Shown here one piece after another: positions 40,510 through 53,345 of a DNA stretch of 64,000 nucleotides. The translations under genes and the position numbers were made by a program. Source of the DNA: Octopus sinensis. Lineage: Eukaryota. Numbering within the stretch: the first letter of the stretch is position 1; every line of letters begins with the position of its first letter. The notes under the pieces are model-generated. The model saw only the letters and a list, made by a program, of their open reading frames with translations. It was not told where the DNA came from and ran no database searches. The stretch is taken from the NCBI RefSeq assembly GCF_006345805.1, contig NC_043015.1, positions 34,100,001 through 34,164,000 of the forward strand, given 5' to 3'.

Positions 40510-40513
<4 letters not shown>
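39206..40513. repeat. A-B-A partial tandem: 448/453-bp direct repeats (39206-39653 and 40061-40513), period 855 bp
   Basis: I see two substitutions (aacgtcg/aacatcg, ggtcgtg/ggccgtg) and a poly-T length difference between copies. Both outer ends abut (TA)n. Confidence 0.92.
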
Positions 40514-40569
<56 letters not shown>

Positions 40570-40636
40570 GTTTATGTATCTGCATACTTGTATGGGCATA
40601 TCTATATGCACGTACGTACATACATACATACATACA

Positions 40637-40720
<84 letters not shown>

Positions 40721-42722
40721 CGCACACATGTATGTATGTATGAATGCATACATACGCAAACAGTCTCACATATGAATCAATATTCAGAATAAATCAACTG
40801 ATTGTGTAGAATTGGTTGGCAATTCTTGTAGAAGGTAAATTACGTTAACACATCATACGACATACGAATTATTAAATTCAATATAAGAATATATTCCTGG
40901 TTTCCTCTCTTGAGAAAACATGCCCATTTCATAATTGCGTCCGTCCTCTTTAGGTTATAACAGCAAAACAATTTTATATCAACATTAGAAATATGCTCTT
41001 ACATAAAATTAATTAATACGTATGATGTGTGGTGTGTTAATGGAATGTTCCTATAACCTAGAATGTACAGTCAGTCATTTTGAATTGACTTTGCGGCTTA
41101 TATCATTTCTTATTTGACAGAAATACGGAACTAGATTAGAAATTGCGTGTAAATATCTTGGATTTTGCCGCTACAAACAGCGCAGCTTTACTGAAATGTC
41201 TTTCCACCATTCTCCGACTTCACCTTTCTCTTCTTTACTCTATCACACATCTTTAACGAGGCAACTATCTTCTATATTACAATTCAGCCCGAAATATTCA
41301 TTTCTGGGGTAAACTCTACATCTCTCTACCCGTTTACAATATTCTGCGATTCTACCCGCAGTAGTTCTTTACGACAATTCGATCAACAACTACAGCAATC
41401 ACATTAGTTCCAGAACTATGTCAAGAGACTATCGTTGCGGAAAAGACATGTCTAATGTCTTGTAACAAAGAGCTATCCCCATGATATTCCAAGTTCAGTA
41501 GAACTCTGTGTATGGAACTGAGCCAAACCGACGATACAACAGCAGAAAAAGAGAACATAAAACCACATAACAACAACATTACTATTTTCAACACTACTAC
41601 TACTACTACTACTACTATTACTACTGCTGCTGCTGCTGCTGCTAGCAATTCCAACACGACGACGACGACGACCACTATGACCACCACCGTGGCGACTGCC
41701 ATCACCACCACGACCATCGTAGCCAACAACATTTCCCTTTCGCCGCCACTTTCGCTGTCACTATCACAAAGTATACGAACGCCGACTTCATTATCACTAC
41801 TAGCCTTTGTGAACACCATTTTTCAGCAACACCATCAACACAAACCATACCATGAACACTACCAAAACCATTGCACCGCACACCAACTGCACCACCACCA
41901 CAAACACGAGCATCAAGACAACTGCGTCTGTCGAACTAAACCAACAGCAGCACTGCGCCTACACCAACGCAACCAAGACACCACCACCACCGATACATTA
42001 ACACCACCACCCAACACAATTACTGCATTAACACCCACACTAACACCAATAAATATAACCACTGCACCAACGTCAATATCAAATACAACGAAAATACCAC
42101 ATTTACAATATTATCATCAAAGGCAGATACCAACAATACAACATTAGAAAAACCAAGACTAACAATAATAGCAACAACAATAACACTGGGAGTAACAGAA
42201 ACAACACCAACATGTATTACTCGCCATCTATACGAAAACAATGGAACTAGAATAACGAACAAGAAGAAAAGCAATATGGACGCTTAGCCGAAGACAACCA
42301 AACTCAACACTACAGATAACTGTGTTCGTGTGTGCATATATGTGAATGTATAAATGTATGTGTATGTGTGTATGGTATGTGTGTGGTATGTGTGTGGTAT
42401 GTGTGCGTAGTGTGTGTGTGTGTAATCGCATGTTTTTCAATTGTTAAATATTACCGATTATTTTATATATGTTGCAATATAAGACCAATAATTATTGTGC
42501 GTGCATGTGTACATGTGTGTGTACATGTGTGTGTGTGTGTGTACATGTGTACATGTGCGTGCGTGTGTGTGTGCATGCGTGTGTAAGTCTAGATAAGTTG
42601 CTGATATGTATCACACTCGGTTATATAATTTCCGCCATTGGTACATATCGTAAAATTCAATCAATATTGTTCAATATTGCAGACGACTTTTATAATTATT
42701 AGCCATATTGGGTCAGTTATTA

Positions 42723-42768
<46 letters not shown>

Positions 42769-42926
42769 GGAATTATCATCATCCTCATCGTAATCTTCAT
42801 CATCATCATCACCACCATCATCCCAATCAATACCATCATCATTACCATTATTATTATTATTATTATTACTTTTTTTTTCTTCTTTCAAATTTTCTTCCAT
42901 TTCTTGCCGAGTGTCTTCCCGACTCC

Positions 42927-42984
<58 letters not shown>

Positions 42985-42987
<3 letters not shown>

Positions 42988-43600
42988 GGGACCCGGTTAC
43001 TGGAAGTTGAATGGGTCCTTTCTGGCGCACAAAGACTATAAGGACAAGATTAGTGAACTAGTTAAGCGGCAGTTCAGAGGGGCAGTTGTCAACAAGCGGT
43101 GGTGGATTGCCCTGAAGAGGGAGATTAGAGTAGATTTAGCGAAAAGTTAGCAATAGAAAGGAATAGATTAGAAGATGAACTAGTTGGCTGACTAGAAGAC
43201 ACGCGCTGGTGTTGGTTTAGTTAGACAGACGCAGTTGTTCTGATGCTCGTGCTTAGGCCAGAATGGCCAGTGACCAATTTTTCGAAGCGAAACACAACGG
43301 TTGCATTTTCAGAGCTATAACCCGTGCACTCAAACACGAAAGAACTAAAACCGTTCAATGGGCCCGAACGGTGGAGACACGACGTGGGAACGAAACCAAG
43401 ATCAGAGGCTTTGACGGATCGGGACGGGCGCGTGCCACTTGGTCCTGAGCAGATGTGTGCAGCAGCATTTCGCGCGGCTTTTTGGAGGCAGAGGGATGAG
43501 TTGAGGACGGTAGTGGACTTTAGTTCGTACATGAACGCCTTACCACGGCTCTCAGCAGCGGATGCAGGATTCAGTGAAAAGCCGATAACAGCCATTGAAA
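42985..43600 (+). mobile_element. L1/Tx1-clade LINE ORF2 internal fragment (end of APE domain plus linker)
   Basis: GPGYWKLNGSFLAHKDYKDKISELVKRQFRGAVVNKRWWIALKREIR (GxGxWKLNxSLL motif), then ARTVETRRGNETKIR and YMNALPRLSAADAGFSEKPITAIEI. Confidence 0.85.
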
Positions 43601-46239
43601 TTTTAAAAAGATATTATCTAAAACTGTTTTCTAAAAACTCAGCCATTACTTTTGCACCAATCGGGGACACATACACACACACGTATGTATGTATGTATGT
43701 ATGTATGTATGTATGTATGTATGTATGTATGTATGTATGTATGTATGTATATGTTGGTAATTAATAAGGGATTTCTCCAAACGTTTACCGGTTTGCTCAG
43801 AGTTAATTATTCAAAATAGGTTTTCAACGGTCAGTATACAAATCCAGTAATAATTCTGATTAGATAAGAATTTTGAGATATATTTAGGTCTACGTGAAGC
43901 TATATTTATATATAAATATGAATTAAAGATAATGTTAATGCTTGAATGTTAATATGCTTAGAGATGTCTTAGCCTGTTTGTCTTCGGACGGTTGGTTTCT
44001 GTAGTTATTATCAGTGTATTTTGGCGATTTAAATAAGAGTTTTGACTGTTATTTCCAGCAGGTAGACATACTTAGTATGTCCTTTGATTAATTATATATG
44101 TTTTTTCATGCCTACACACGCACACCGATATACATATGTTGTATAAAGTCCTTGCAGCACCTTTCACATTTATACTTGCATGTTGGTATGTTTGCACACG
44201 TCTTGCAAACCTTTCTATGACAGATTTCGTTTGCTTGAATGAGACCAAATGGCAACTACGTAAAAGTAAAATTATAATAACATTACAATTGCAAATGTAA
44301 GGTTTATATTTCTAGGGAAAATATAAAGGAAATAAAGAGGAAAATATGAACAAGAAAGTATCAGAAAAATATCTTGAAAATATCAAAGGCATCAATAATT
44401 ATGGAGCATTCAATCTAAACATTTTCTGATTCATTCCTGCTTCATGTACCATTTCAATTTCTCTCTCGTCTCTTCTTCAGTGTCTCACCCCCCCCCCCTC
44501 TGTCATTCACCGCCTCTTTTACTCACCCTCCATCCTTAGCACACTATCTTCCCTGTATACGACTTGTATTTCTATCTCCAAATCTACCCAGAACAACAGA
44601 AAGGCAGTTTGTTCCACTAAACAAACGCTTATACTGTTATTAATGCATATAATTATAGACATTGCTTGGTGCACAAGAAATACTTGCTAATTAGCAAATT
44701 TATCATTATAGCATGTACCTGGAGAGTGTGTAGCAGCTACAATTATATAAACACCGGTACACATATATTTACGCGCGCGCGCACACACACATACACCAAT
44801 AGATTATAAATCAGAAAGTCAATCAGAAATATAACAAGCACTAATTCATATATATGTTTGTTGTAAATAATACTACTACGTAAATTTTTCTTGCATTTGA
44901 TTTTTATAAGTCTGAAGACTAGGCTGTTTAACACTCCCAACTGTTTTTTCTTGTGCCGAGATGAGTCGGCGATCAAATGATCTTTGAGTTACATCTATGC
45001 AATAACCTTTAATAAACAGCTGTGTCTTATAATTTTGAGCAAATATCAGTTTTGCTATTTCTGATATGAAAATACCATATAAAAATGGCCGTAAAATAGT
45101 TGAGTACAGAGGCTAAAACCGAACCTTGCTCGTTAAATTTTTTTATCCAGATTGCGTTAAGTGTACTTGCTGTTGTTTAACTAGGCTGTGTGAACACCAT
45201 TTAGACTATTGCTCTTTTCAGTATCAAAAGCCACGTCTGTGTCGATCAGATTCAGTTTGAATGGACGATCGTCTGCTTTGCCAGCTAACTTGAAATAGCT
45301 ATAAAATTATCGAGAATGGCACGATCAGCGGTGTGTCGGTGGAGAAAGGCTTTTGTTAATGGTATCTGCTAACATAGAAAACTGGTGTTTAAATCTCAGT
45401 ATTGACTCAACGGAATGCTTCATCGGCGAATATAACAACGAAATAAATAAGAAAGAAATGAAAAGAAAGAAAAAGAAATAAACAAAGAGGAAGATCCGGA
45501 GTAATGAAAGAAAATAAAGGAACGAGAATTGAAAAGAAATAATAAAAGAAACACGAGAAAGAAGAAAGAAAAAATAGTGTTGGATGTTGACATCTGTTAC
45601 AGCGTGTTCTAAATCAATGAGTCTATAAAAATCTAAATGTTAGATGGGCAATTAGGTTTTAATGTCACACCACAAGAGGAAACTTGAGAAGAAAAAGATC
45701 CTGTTTTACTGGACGTGCCAGAATGGAAATTTTCTTTGATTGACCGATATTTTATAATAGTTTACATGGACGAAACGATGGCGTTAAGTGGAGATTTTTG
45801 GTTTTTGCTGTCTTTTTTTCTCTTCATTTTATTTCTAAATCCACAAAACTCCTTGGATGCATTATTGTTTATATTTCTTATGTTACTTTGAGTGAAGCAG
45901 ACGAATAATTGAATAAAGAAGTCCTTTTTTTTTTCGATGTAGTTTGGGGCATTATTTTCATTTATTGATCTGCTATTCGATTACCTGTCCTGATTGATTG
46001 GAAATATTTGTGTAATTCAGTTGAACTGGGATCGAAATGCCAAACGATTTATATCAAGGGAGAACAGGAAATTATTGTGCATGCGTGTGTGTGTGTGGGG
46101 GAGGGGTCGGATGATTAGGGGTTGTTCGATTGCGGGAAATAATGCCTCGTAGTTCAAGTAAAACAGGAATATTTCTATAAAGCAACACTTCAATAGCACC
46201 GTTCATTGTATTCGCGAATTCTCGGTGTTTTATATTAGG

Positions 46240-46790
46240 GAAACGATTGCGCCAAGTTGATGTCCATTCCCTTCTCCCCTCTGTGGATGTCCGGTCCTCT
46301 CAAAAGAAAGTGGATGCTCACCAGTGTAGCATGACCGCGGACGAGCTAGTGTGCCGACTTGACAAGCACTGCCTGGCATGTTTCCGCTCAGCCTCCGAGC
46401 TTCACATGCGATGCCATCACTCGCAACTGGCAATCAGCTCATAGCGATTGCCTGCGCATTGGCGTTTCCCTGAGGCTTTGTCTCCAGATCGGCGAGCCTT
46501 GTGAATGCCACTACAGATCCACAGTGGAGTTTTGCTTCCCTCCACCGCCCTGCCATCATAGTGCTGGCCGTTTTCCACGCCATGCCACCTTTAACAAGAT
46601 CATAAAGCAGGGCCTAGACACCGCAGGCCTTCCTTTCCTACTCGAGCCAGCGGTGCTAGGCCGAGGGAATGGCAAAAAGGCTGGACGGTATGACAATTTT
46701 CATGTTTCATGGCGGTAGGCCCCTCATCCGGGATGCCACACGCTGTGATGACTTTTCCATTTTGTCTGTTGATGCCATGAGAAATGTCAT
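46240..46790 (+). mobile_element. CRE-clade-like REL non-LTR retrotransposon 3' fragment
   Basis: LRIGVSLRLCLQIGEPCEC...CHHSAGRFPRHATFNKIIKQGLDTAGLPFLLEP, then frameshifted KRLDGMTIFMFHGGRPLIRDATRCD (RPDG...WD-type REL motif). Confidence 0.8.
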
Positions 46791-47512
46791 TCAACGACTT
46801 TATCAAAGAGTTTAATGACATTTACTTAACAGCGCATATGAAAGCTAACTTTTGGAATGTTAGACTTTCTGAAGACTGTGTTTCATACATACTTGCCAAA
46901 AGTCCACAGACCAATAAGTTTAGTTATTATTAAAGCATTTTCTGCCATTGTTACACTTACTTTTGCTTCTTTGGTACACACAAGTGTTACCACTTGGTGC
47001 TTAAAACTCTTCTCTCTTACCCATTCTCCCAACTCTATCTCATCCACAGACATGCATTAAATATTTGCAAACTTTCCCTCCCCGTGTCACAACTCTCTCA
47101 TAAAAATCTTCTCTTCTTACTTTAACCTGTTTAAGCAGCGTGAGCCTCGTGGGTCATGGACAGCTCTCCTCTTCCAACTGAATACAGGAAATCAAAACAT
47201 AACAGTATACTGATTTAAAGCAGACATATATTTATTGAACAATTTCTAAGCTTGTTTTATAATAGTATTCAACATATTGTTTCGCAGACACAGTACATCT
47301 CTAGTAATATTGGCTATTATTTCCCTCAAATACTAAAAACCCAGCCATAGAAAATATTTTAAAAGCGAACAGATTGTGTAACACCAAGACAGGTAATCCT
47401 GCGTTAACAAAGGACGACTGATTAAGAAACAGTTATTGTCTCAGCCAATCTAACATTGAAATAACGAACAGCTTTATAGTCGACCAATGATATCAACAAA
47501 AGTCCAAAAAGA

Positions 47513-47615
<103 letters not shown>

Positions 47616-48302
47616 AAATATTTAATTTCAATTCTACATAAACTACGCATCAAAAGAAAAATACGTTTGCAAACATTGCAACTTTCCAACTCGGAAATGT
47701 ATACAACATTTTACGAGATGAAACAAAACTGTTTTACATAATCGTGTTTTCAAGTCACGAAAGGAAAATGGAATCATTAAGTAAATTCTTCTATACACAG
47801 ACTACGTTTTCTTTCGAATGTAATTCAAGATATTTCAGATTCAATAACATCGCTAAATATAATTATAATATAGACGGAGAAAGTGTTAGGTAAGATTTTA
47901 GTCGGAAGGCATGTTGACGCTGGAACGAGTTATCAAATATATAGAGTGAGATATCAGTGAGAGTTTATACAACAGAGACGAAAAGATGCGTTTATCCTAC
48001 TAAATCTTATTTAACATAAGAATTTATAACACCAGTATCTGTGTGTGTGTGTGTGTGTGTTTCTATGTGTGTGTCTGCATCTGCATGTGTGTGTGTGAGT
48101 GTGTGTAAGTGCCTGAAGATAAACTTCTGAATAAATATTATTCTTAGACAGAGTTCTTACGGCAGTGCGGTTATTATGTTCGCGTCGTACTTTCGTAGTT
48201 TCCAGTTCAGTTGCATGGAGTGCGCCTTCGACAGGTGTCTCTTATGATATAAACTATATAGAACATTGTTTCACCACTATCTGAAATTCTAAATTTGGTA
48301 GA

Positions 48303-48364
<62 letters not shown>

Positions 48365-48366
<2 letters not shown>

Positions 48367-48540
48367 ACAAAGCGAGGACGTGGAACAAATATAGTATTAT
48401 TGGACGCTCAGGAAAGAAGGAAAGAAGGAGGGTTTAACGTTTCGAGCGGAGCTCTTCGTCGGAAACATAGGAGAAGGAAAGATCCAGAGAAGGGATGACA
48501 GAGGAAAAAAATCGCCAACGGTACACACGCGGTCACACAC
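48365..48540 (-). mobile_element. Short Penelope-like terminal unit carrying a hammerhead motif, abutting (TA)n
   Basis: Contains the motif at 48432-48466 and the downstream motif shared with the 32120/39040 family. Confidence 0.6.
48432..48466 (-). ncRNA. Minimal type I hammerhead-like motif, U4C variant
   Basis: gttt-CCGACGA-a-gagc(tcc)gctc-GAA-ACGT-T-aaac; stems I and II are perfect. Confidence 0.6.
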
Positions 48541-50062
48541 ACACATATATATATGTGTGTGTGTGTGTGAAAACTCTCTACTCGCCGTTCAGCTCCCCCA
48601 TTCGCCTCTTAACCATATTCCTACCTACTTATGCCGTACATCAGATAAAGTTCGCCAATTGCATTAAATGTTACATGAGCAGCACGGTTCAGCCAATGCA
48701 CAAAAGAATCAAATGCTTCTCATTTTATCATCTTTCAAAAAAGCATCTCGAAAATGCCAACTCTTGAGAGGTTTCAAAAACACCATGTTTTGCTACGAGA
48801 CCCATAGATTCGTCGATTCTCCAACTCAATATCTTTGGTCGTTAAGAAGCTCACAGTGCTTTTTATTACGGCAACGAATTTGTTGTTTTCTGGTGGCTAA
48901 AACATTCCAACAGCGTTCCACTTTTGACAAGCCATAAAGAAGCCTCCCCCACCCCCATGTGGTAACTCAATGTAAAGAAATAGAAACTTAATATTCCTCA
49001 AAATTCACATTACTTCTGATACCTGATAATGTAGTAGATTATGAAGGAAGATATGCATATATCTGCAAAAGATTCAATCAGAAGTCCGTTGAATCATGGA
49101 CGACCTCAGGTGAATACCAGGTAAAAAAAAGAAAAAAGCGTGAAAACGAAACGGGTGGAAATATTGAAACAACATATCGAAAGTGATAAATGAAAACAAG
49201 GGATTTCATGATTAGCAGCAAAAAGGCTGAGGTGTTTATGTATGCTGTGGTGTGTATCTGTGACTTAGAGATCTCGTCGAATGCATTTGGTAATTTACAC
49301 GCATGCGCGCACACACACACATGCAGGCACACACGCGCACGTACACACACACACACACATTTACATATATCTATGCAAGAATATTGAATTTGTGTTTGCA
49401 GCAAATACTATAAAAATGAATTGCTTCCTTACATGTTAAACGATGCAATTTGAATATCGATATGAAATGCATGGATACCTGACAGTTTCCGATGATTCTA
49501 TTTCGTGAAGTTACTTTCTTGAATAGTAACAAGTTATGCTTTAAGGTTCACATATTCACCTGAAGCTGCAAAATCATTTCTATGAAGATTTCGCAAATAA
49601 TATATACAGGTGAAGTTAAAAGATTGTTAGCTGTTATAGACGAGGTTGTTACTGAAGCACCCATCTCACTTTCTTTGTCTTTACGCATACATACATACGC
49701 AGCACACACTTAATACACAACACATAAACATGTACATATACACCCCGCCCCGCCAAAAATTACGGAGCTCAACATTTAAACTGTTTTAAAAGCGGCGAGC
49801 TGGCAGAAACGTTAGCACGCTTCCGGTGTTTTGGAAGGGAAGTCATTTTGGCAGTGCTTTTCGTAGTGTTAACATTGTTTTGCTTTTGTGTCAGTATTTT
49901 TAAAAACACTTTTTTAATTATTAGTTTTTGGAAAAGTAAATATTTAGATATTGTTATATTTCGGGATGGTCATTTTGTTTTTTGTTTTCCAAATAAACCA
50001 CACGTACTATGTATTCGATCTTCACTCGTTTATTACTGTTCTTATTTTATCTTATGTTCATC

Positions 50063-50105
50063 GTCCGGAAATCTTTCATCACACATCTGTGACCTCTTCA
50101 GCGAC
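50063..50105 (-). ncRNA. Minimal type I hammerhead ribozyme candidate with intact canonical core
   Basis: gtcg-CTGAAGA-g-gtcaca(gatg)tgtgat-GAA-AGATTT-C-cggac: 6-bp stem II, self-complementary stem III allowing G-U, UUC cleavage triplet, 3-4 bp stem I. Confidence 0.68.
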
Positions 50106-50169
50106 CCTTTCCGTCCACTTGTGTCCTCCTAGACTAAGCGGAGTAGGAGGACACACGTGGATGGAAAGG

Positions 50170-50212
50170 GTCGCTGAAGAGGCAACAGTTGTGTGACGAA
50201 AGATTACCGGAC
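50170..50212 (+). ncRNA. Degenerate sister copy of the 50063 hammerhead
   Basis: gtcg-CTGAAGA-g-gcaaca(gttg)tgtgac-GAA-AGATTA-C-cggac: two stem II mismatches and U16.1 changed to A. Confidence 0.5.
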
Positions 50213-50847
50213 GATGGGCATAAGAGAAAATAAGAACAGTAATATACGAGAGACGTATGAATGTATAATGAGTATGTTTATTAGGCAAAAAAAAAGAAGT
50301 GACCCTCCCGAAATATAACAATATCTGTTTCAACACAAGCTTTTACATCAGAAATCTTAAAACACAAATTCATAAACGTAAATATTTAGAATATTTAAAA
50401 TATATATTTACACACATGTAAATACGTATAAATACGTATACATATATGCACACATACACACGTACATTCAAAAATATATGCACACACTCATACATGCCTA
50501 TACACATCTACATAAATGCATAAACATACATACAACGAGACAGTCCGATAACTATTTTCATCAGATAATCCGAAATATGTCAAAACCTATTTACCTGGGA
50601 GACAGTGACATTTGATAATATAATGGGATTGTACGCGAAGAAAATGCAATATTATGATGAGATTTCTCTCTGAAAGTGTCTTCACTTCTTTAAGCGATTG
50701 TTGGTTTAAACTTAAATAATATTCCTTTAGAACAAACTCTTAACTATACACCTACACAAACTAAATATATATATATAAGCTTTGAGTTTGTCCCCATTTA
50801 TTCACGCATCTCTTTTTCACATTCACACCAGACTTTCTCTGACTCTG

Positions 50848-50906
<59 letters not shown>

Positions 50907-51124
50907 ATATGTAAAGAATCATTGATGTTTGAATAATTTCATTTCATCGAAGCCGTTTCAATAACTCGCACGAAGTCATTGCTAACCAAATAGTAATTGC
51001 ATAATTGTGGTTGTTAAATTTAGTTAAATGTCACATGGGTCATTTCATTAGGAACCAAATCAATCGATCTGTTAGTCTTTCTCTCCCCACATCTCTCTCT
51101 CTCACTCTCACTCTCTCACTCACA

Positions 51125-51192
<68 letters not shown>

Positions 51193-51339
51193 CTGTCTGT
51201 CTGTTAGGTCATGCATGCATCCATTTTTATATCCAGCTATCTTCCTATAAGATTATTCGGTGCATCCTATATATAAATACATTAATAATTCGCTGTGTAG
51301 TAAGTAGCTTACTTTTATACTCCATCCGCCCATATAAGG

Positions 51340-51414
<75 letters not shown>

Positions 51415-51499
51415 TAGAAACCTACATATACGCAGTATACGGAGTTCTAAGAAGGCATCCATGTTAAGTTGGATATAAATATTGCTTTATCACACTAAT

Positions 51500-51797
51500 A
51501 CTGCTTCCATCACTAAATTCAGCTGCCCGTTTTTGCACTGTTGATAAAGCTGGAGCGTCATCCCGTAATGTGACTACCATATTAGCATGAACGTCCCTGG
51601 AGACTAAAGCTTTTCTCTGCCACTACTTGATAACCCCACGATGCCAGATTTTAAGTCTTCTTCGAAGAGTCAGATTATCTGCAAAGAAACAAAGCGGTTA
51701 TTAAGGAAGAAGATTTTAAATTAATGCAAACAAGATTTCACACCTCTGGCGTCAAGCTTTCAAAGACAACCTATGAACTTTGCATCCCACCCTCGTA
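51500..51797 (-). mobile_element. Mariner 5' fragment (TIR plus start of the HTH)
   Basis: Minus strand TA+cgagggtgggatgcaaagttcatagg (TIR) and ...DVHANMVVTLRDDAPALSTVQKRAAEF. Confidence 0.85.
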
Positions 51798-51990
51798 CTT
51801 CTGATCGTATTGGAATCCAGGGGACAGCTGATTTCCACAACAGAGGATATTTTTTCTTGATGTCCCACACAAGATCTGGCCGGTCCTGTTTTAACTTCGT
51901 GGCGGTTTGATTTCAAATTTCCATCAAGATTCTTTTGATTCGAGAGATTCAATACAGTCAACTTTTCTGGGGTAATTTTTTACCTTATTC
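51798..51990 (-). mobile_element. R4-type REL endonuclease fragment adjoining the mariner TIR
   Basis: Frameshifted RPDLVWDIKKK..VEISCPLDSN. Confidence 0.7.
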
Positions 51991-52047
51991 TATTCAAGAT
52001 CAGTAGCTCAGATCAGGGATTCCGAACCTTTTGACAGAAGTTCCAAA

Positions 52048-52223
52048 CAGTGGTTCTCAACCCTTTTATTTAAATGGGTTTTCCCACGGACCCCTTTTAA
52101 TATGCTTATCCTTATGTGCTTATCTTTATATATATATATGAAGTTTTGAATTTAGTTCATGGATCCCTAGTACTATATTTGCAGACCACCAGAGGTCCGC
52201 GGACCCCAGGCTGGGAACCACCA
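52048..52223. mobile_element. hAT/Charlie-type MITE
   Basis: TIRs cagtggttctcaacc / ggctgggaaccacca, internal ggacccc motifs, followed by ttctaga; same type as 12843-13067. Confidence 0.75.
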
Positions 52224-53067
52224 TTCTAGATACTATTACCATGCCTTATGGGAAGATAATATCTGGATCAAATTTTTTGTGCAGCTGGCAAAATATATAA
52301 ACAGATAAATATATACGCGTGTATATATGTGTGTGTGTGTATATATATGTGTGTGCACATACACGTCTGTATCTCGCCCCACCTTTCTCTCTACATATAT
52401 ATGTGCATATATCTAGGTTTCTATAAATGTATACGCGCGCGTGTGTGTGTTTATGTGTGTGTGAAGACAGACATGATCAATAACGAATTCTTCAAGCCCA
52501 TGTCAAAATAAGTGTGATTGATTTCACAAATCACTTCCGTTAAACAAGATTTTCACCTGAGAGACAACTCTTAAAGTGTTGCCATAAACTCATTGATCAG
52601 TAAATGAATATTTTTAAAGCTATTTCTCAAATTAGCTAATTCCAGGAAACATCCCTCTATCTGAATATTTTTATCGTCGTATGGCGTATATTTTATACGT
52701 CATATCGTATATCAGAATTACCCCGAAAACGTGAAGTTGACTGATTCCTTAATTTCACTCTGCCTTTCCCTCTCCTTCACTTCCTATTGATGGTGTAATA
52801 TCGGTGCATCAAAATGTGAAGAGTGCACGTCGAAGCCTTGTTTATTGAGAATATAGTGTAGGGAACATTATTTTTCTAATAAAGTTATGCTTTTTTTGTT
52901 TCCACTGATAAATACATCTTCAACAAAGACAGCAAAATCAAAATCAAGCTTCAGGAGCAGACTCTTCTTTCTTAAAGAACACTTTCCATGCTGACGGTCG
53001 TGATGACAATGCCTACCATCTTCATAAACTAACTCTAAATCCTCCTGCTCCCCCTCTTCCCCGTCGC

Positions 53068-53137
53068 TGTCGTCGTCGTCATCATCATCATCATCATCAT
53101 ATCATCATCATCATCATCATATCATCATCATCAACAC

Positions 53138-53178
<41 letters not shown>

Positions 53179-53182
53179 ACAC

Positions 53183-53223
<41 letters not shown>

Positions 53224-53226
53224 ACA

Positions 53227-53292
<66 letters not shown>

Positions 53293-53345
53293 TATCATCG
53301 TCGTCATCGTCATCATCGTTATCATCATCATCATTGTCATCACTG
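53068..53345. repeat. (CAT)n microsatellite with internal higher-order units
   Basis: Seen directly; caacaccatc interruptions recur. Confidence 0.96.

Larger units (their letters stand above)
49946..50326. repeat. Long imperfect palindrome: arms 49946-50131 and 50144-50326, 12-nt loop
   Basis: The arms are reverse complements (...gaccctttccgtccacttgtgtcctccta / taggaggacacacgtggatggaaagggtc...). Also visible as the paired ORFs 49951..50196(+) and 50079..50336(-). Confidence 0.95.

Noticed and set aside
41512-42147. 211-aa Thr/His/Gln-rich ORF, the longest in the track, superficially mucin-like
   Set aside because: Built from (ACT/GCT/ACG/ACC) trinucleotide runs and degenerate AC-rich sequence; no domain or splice support.
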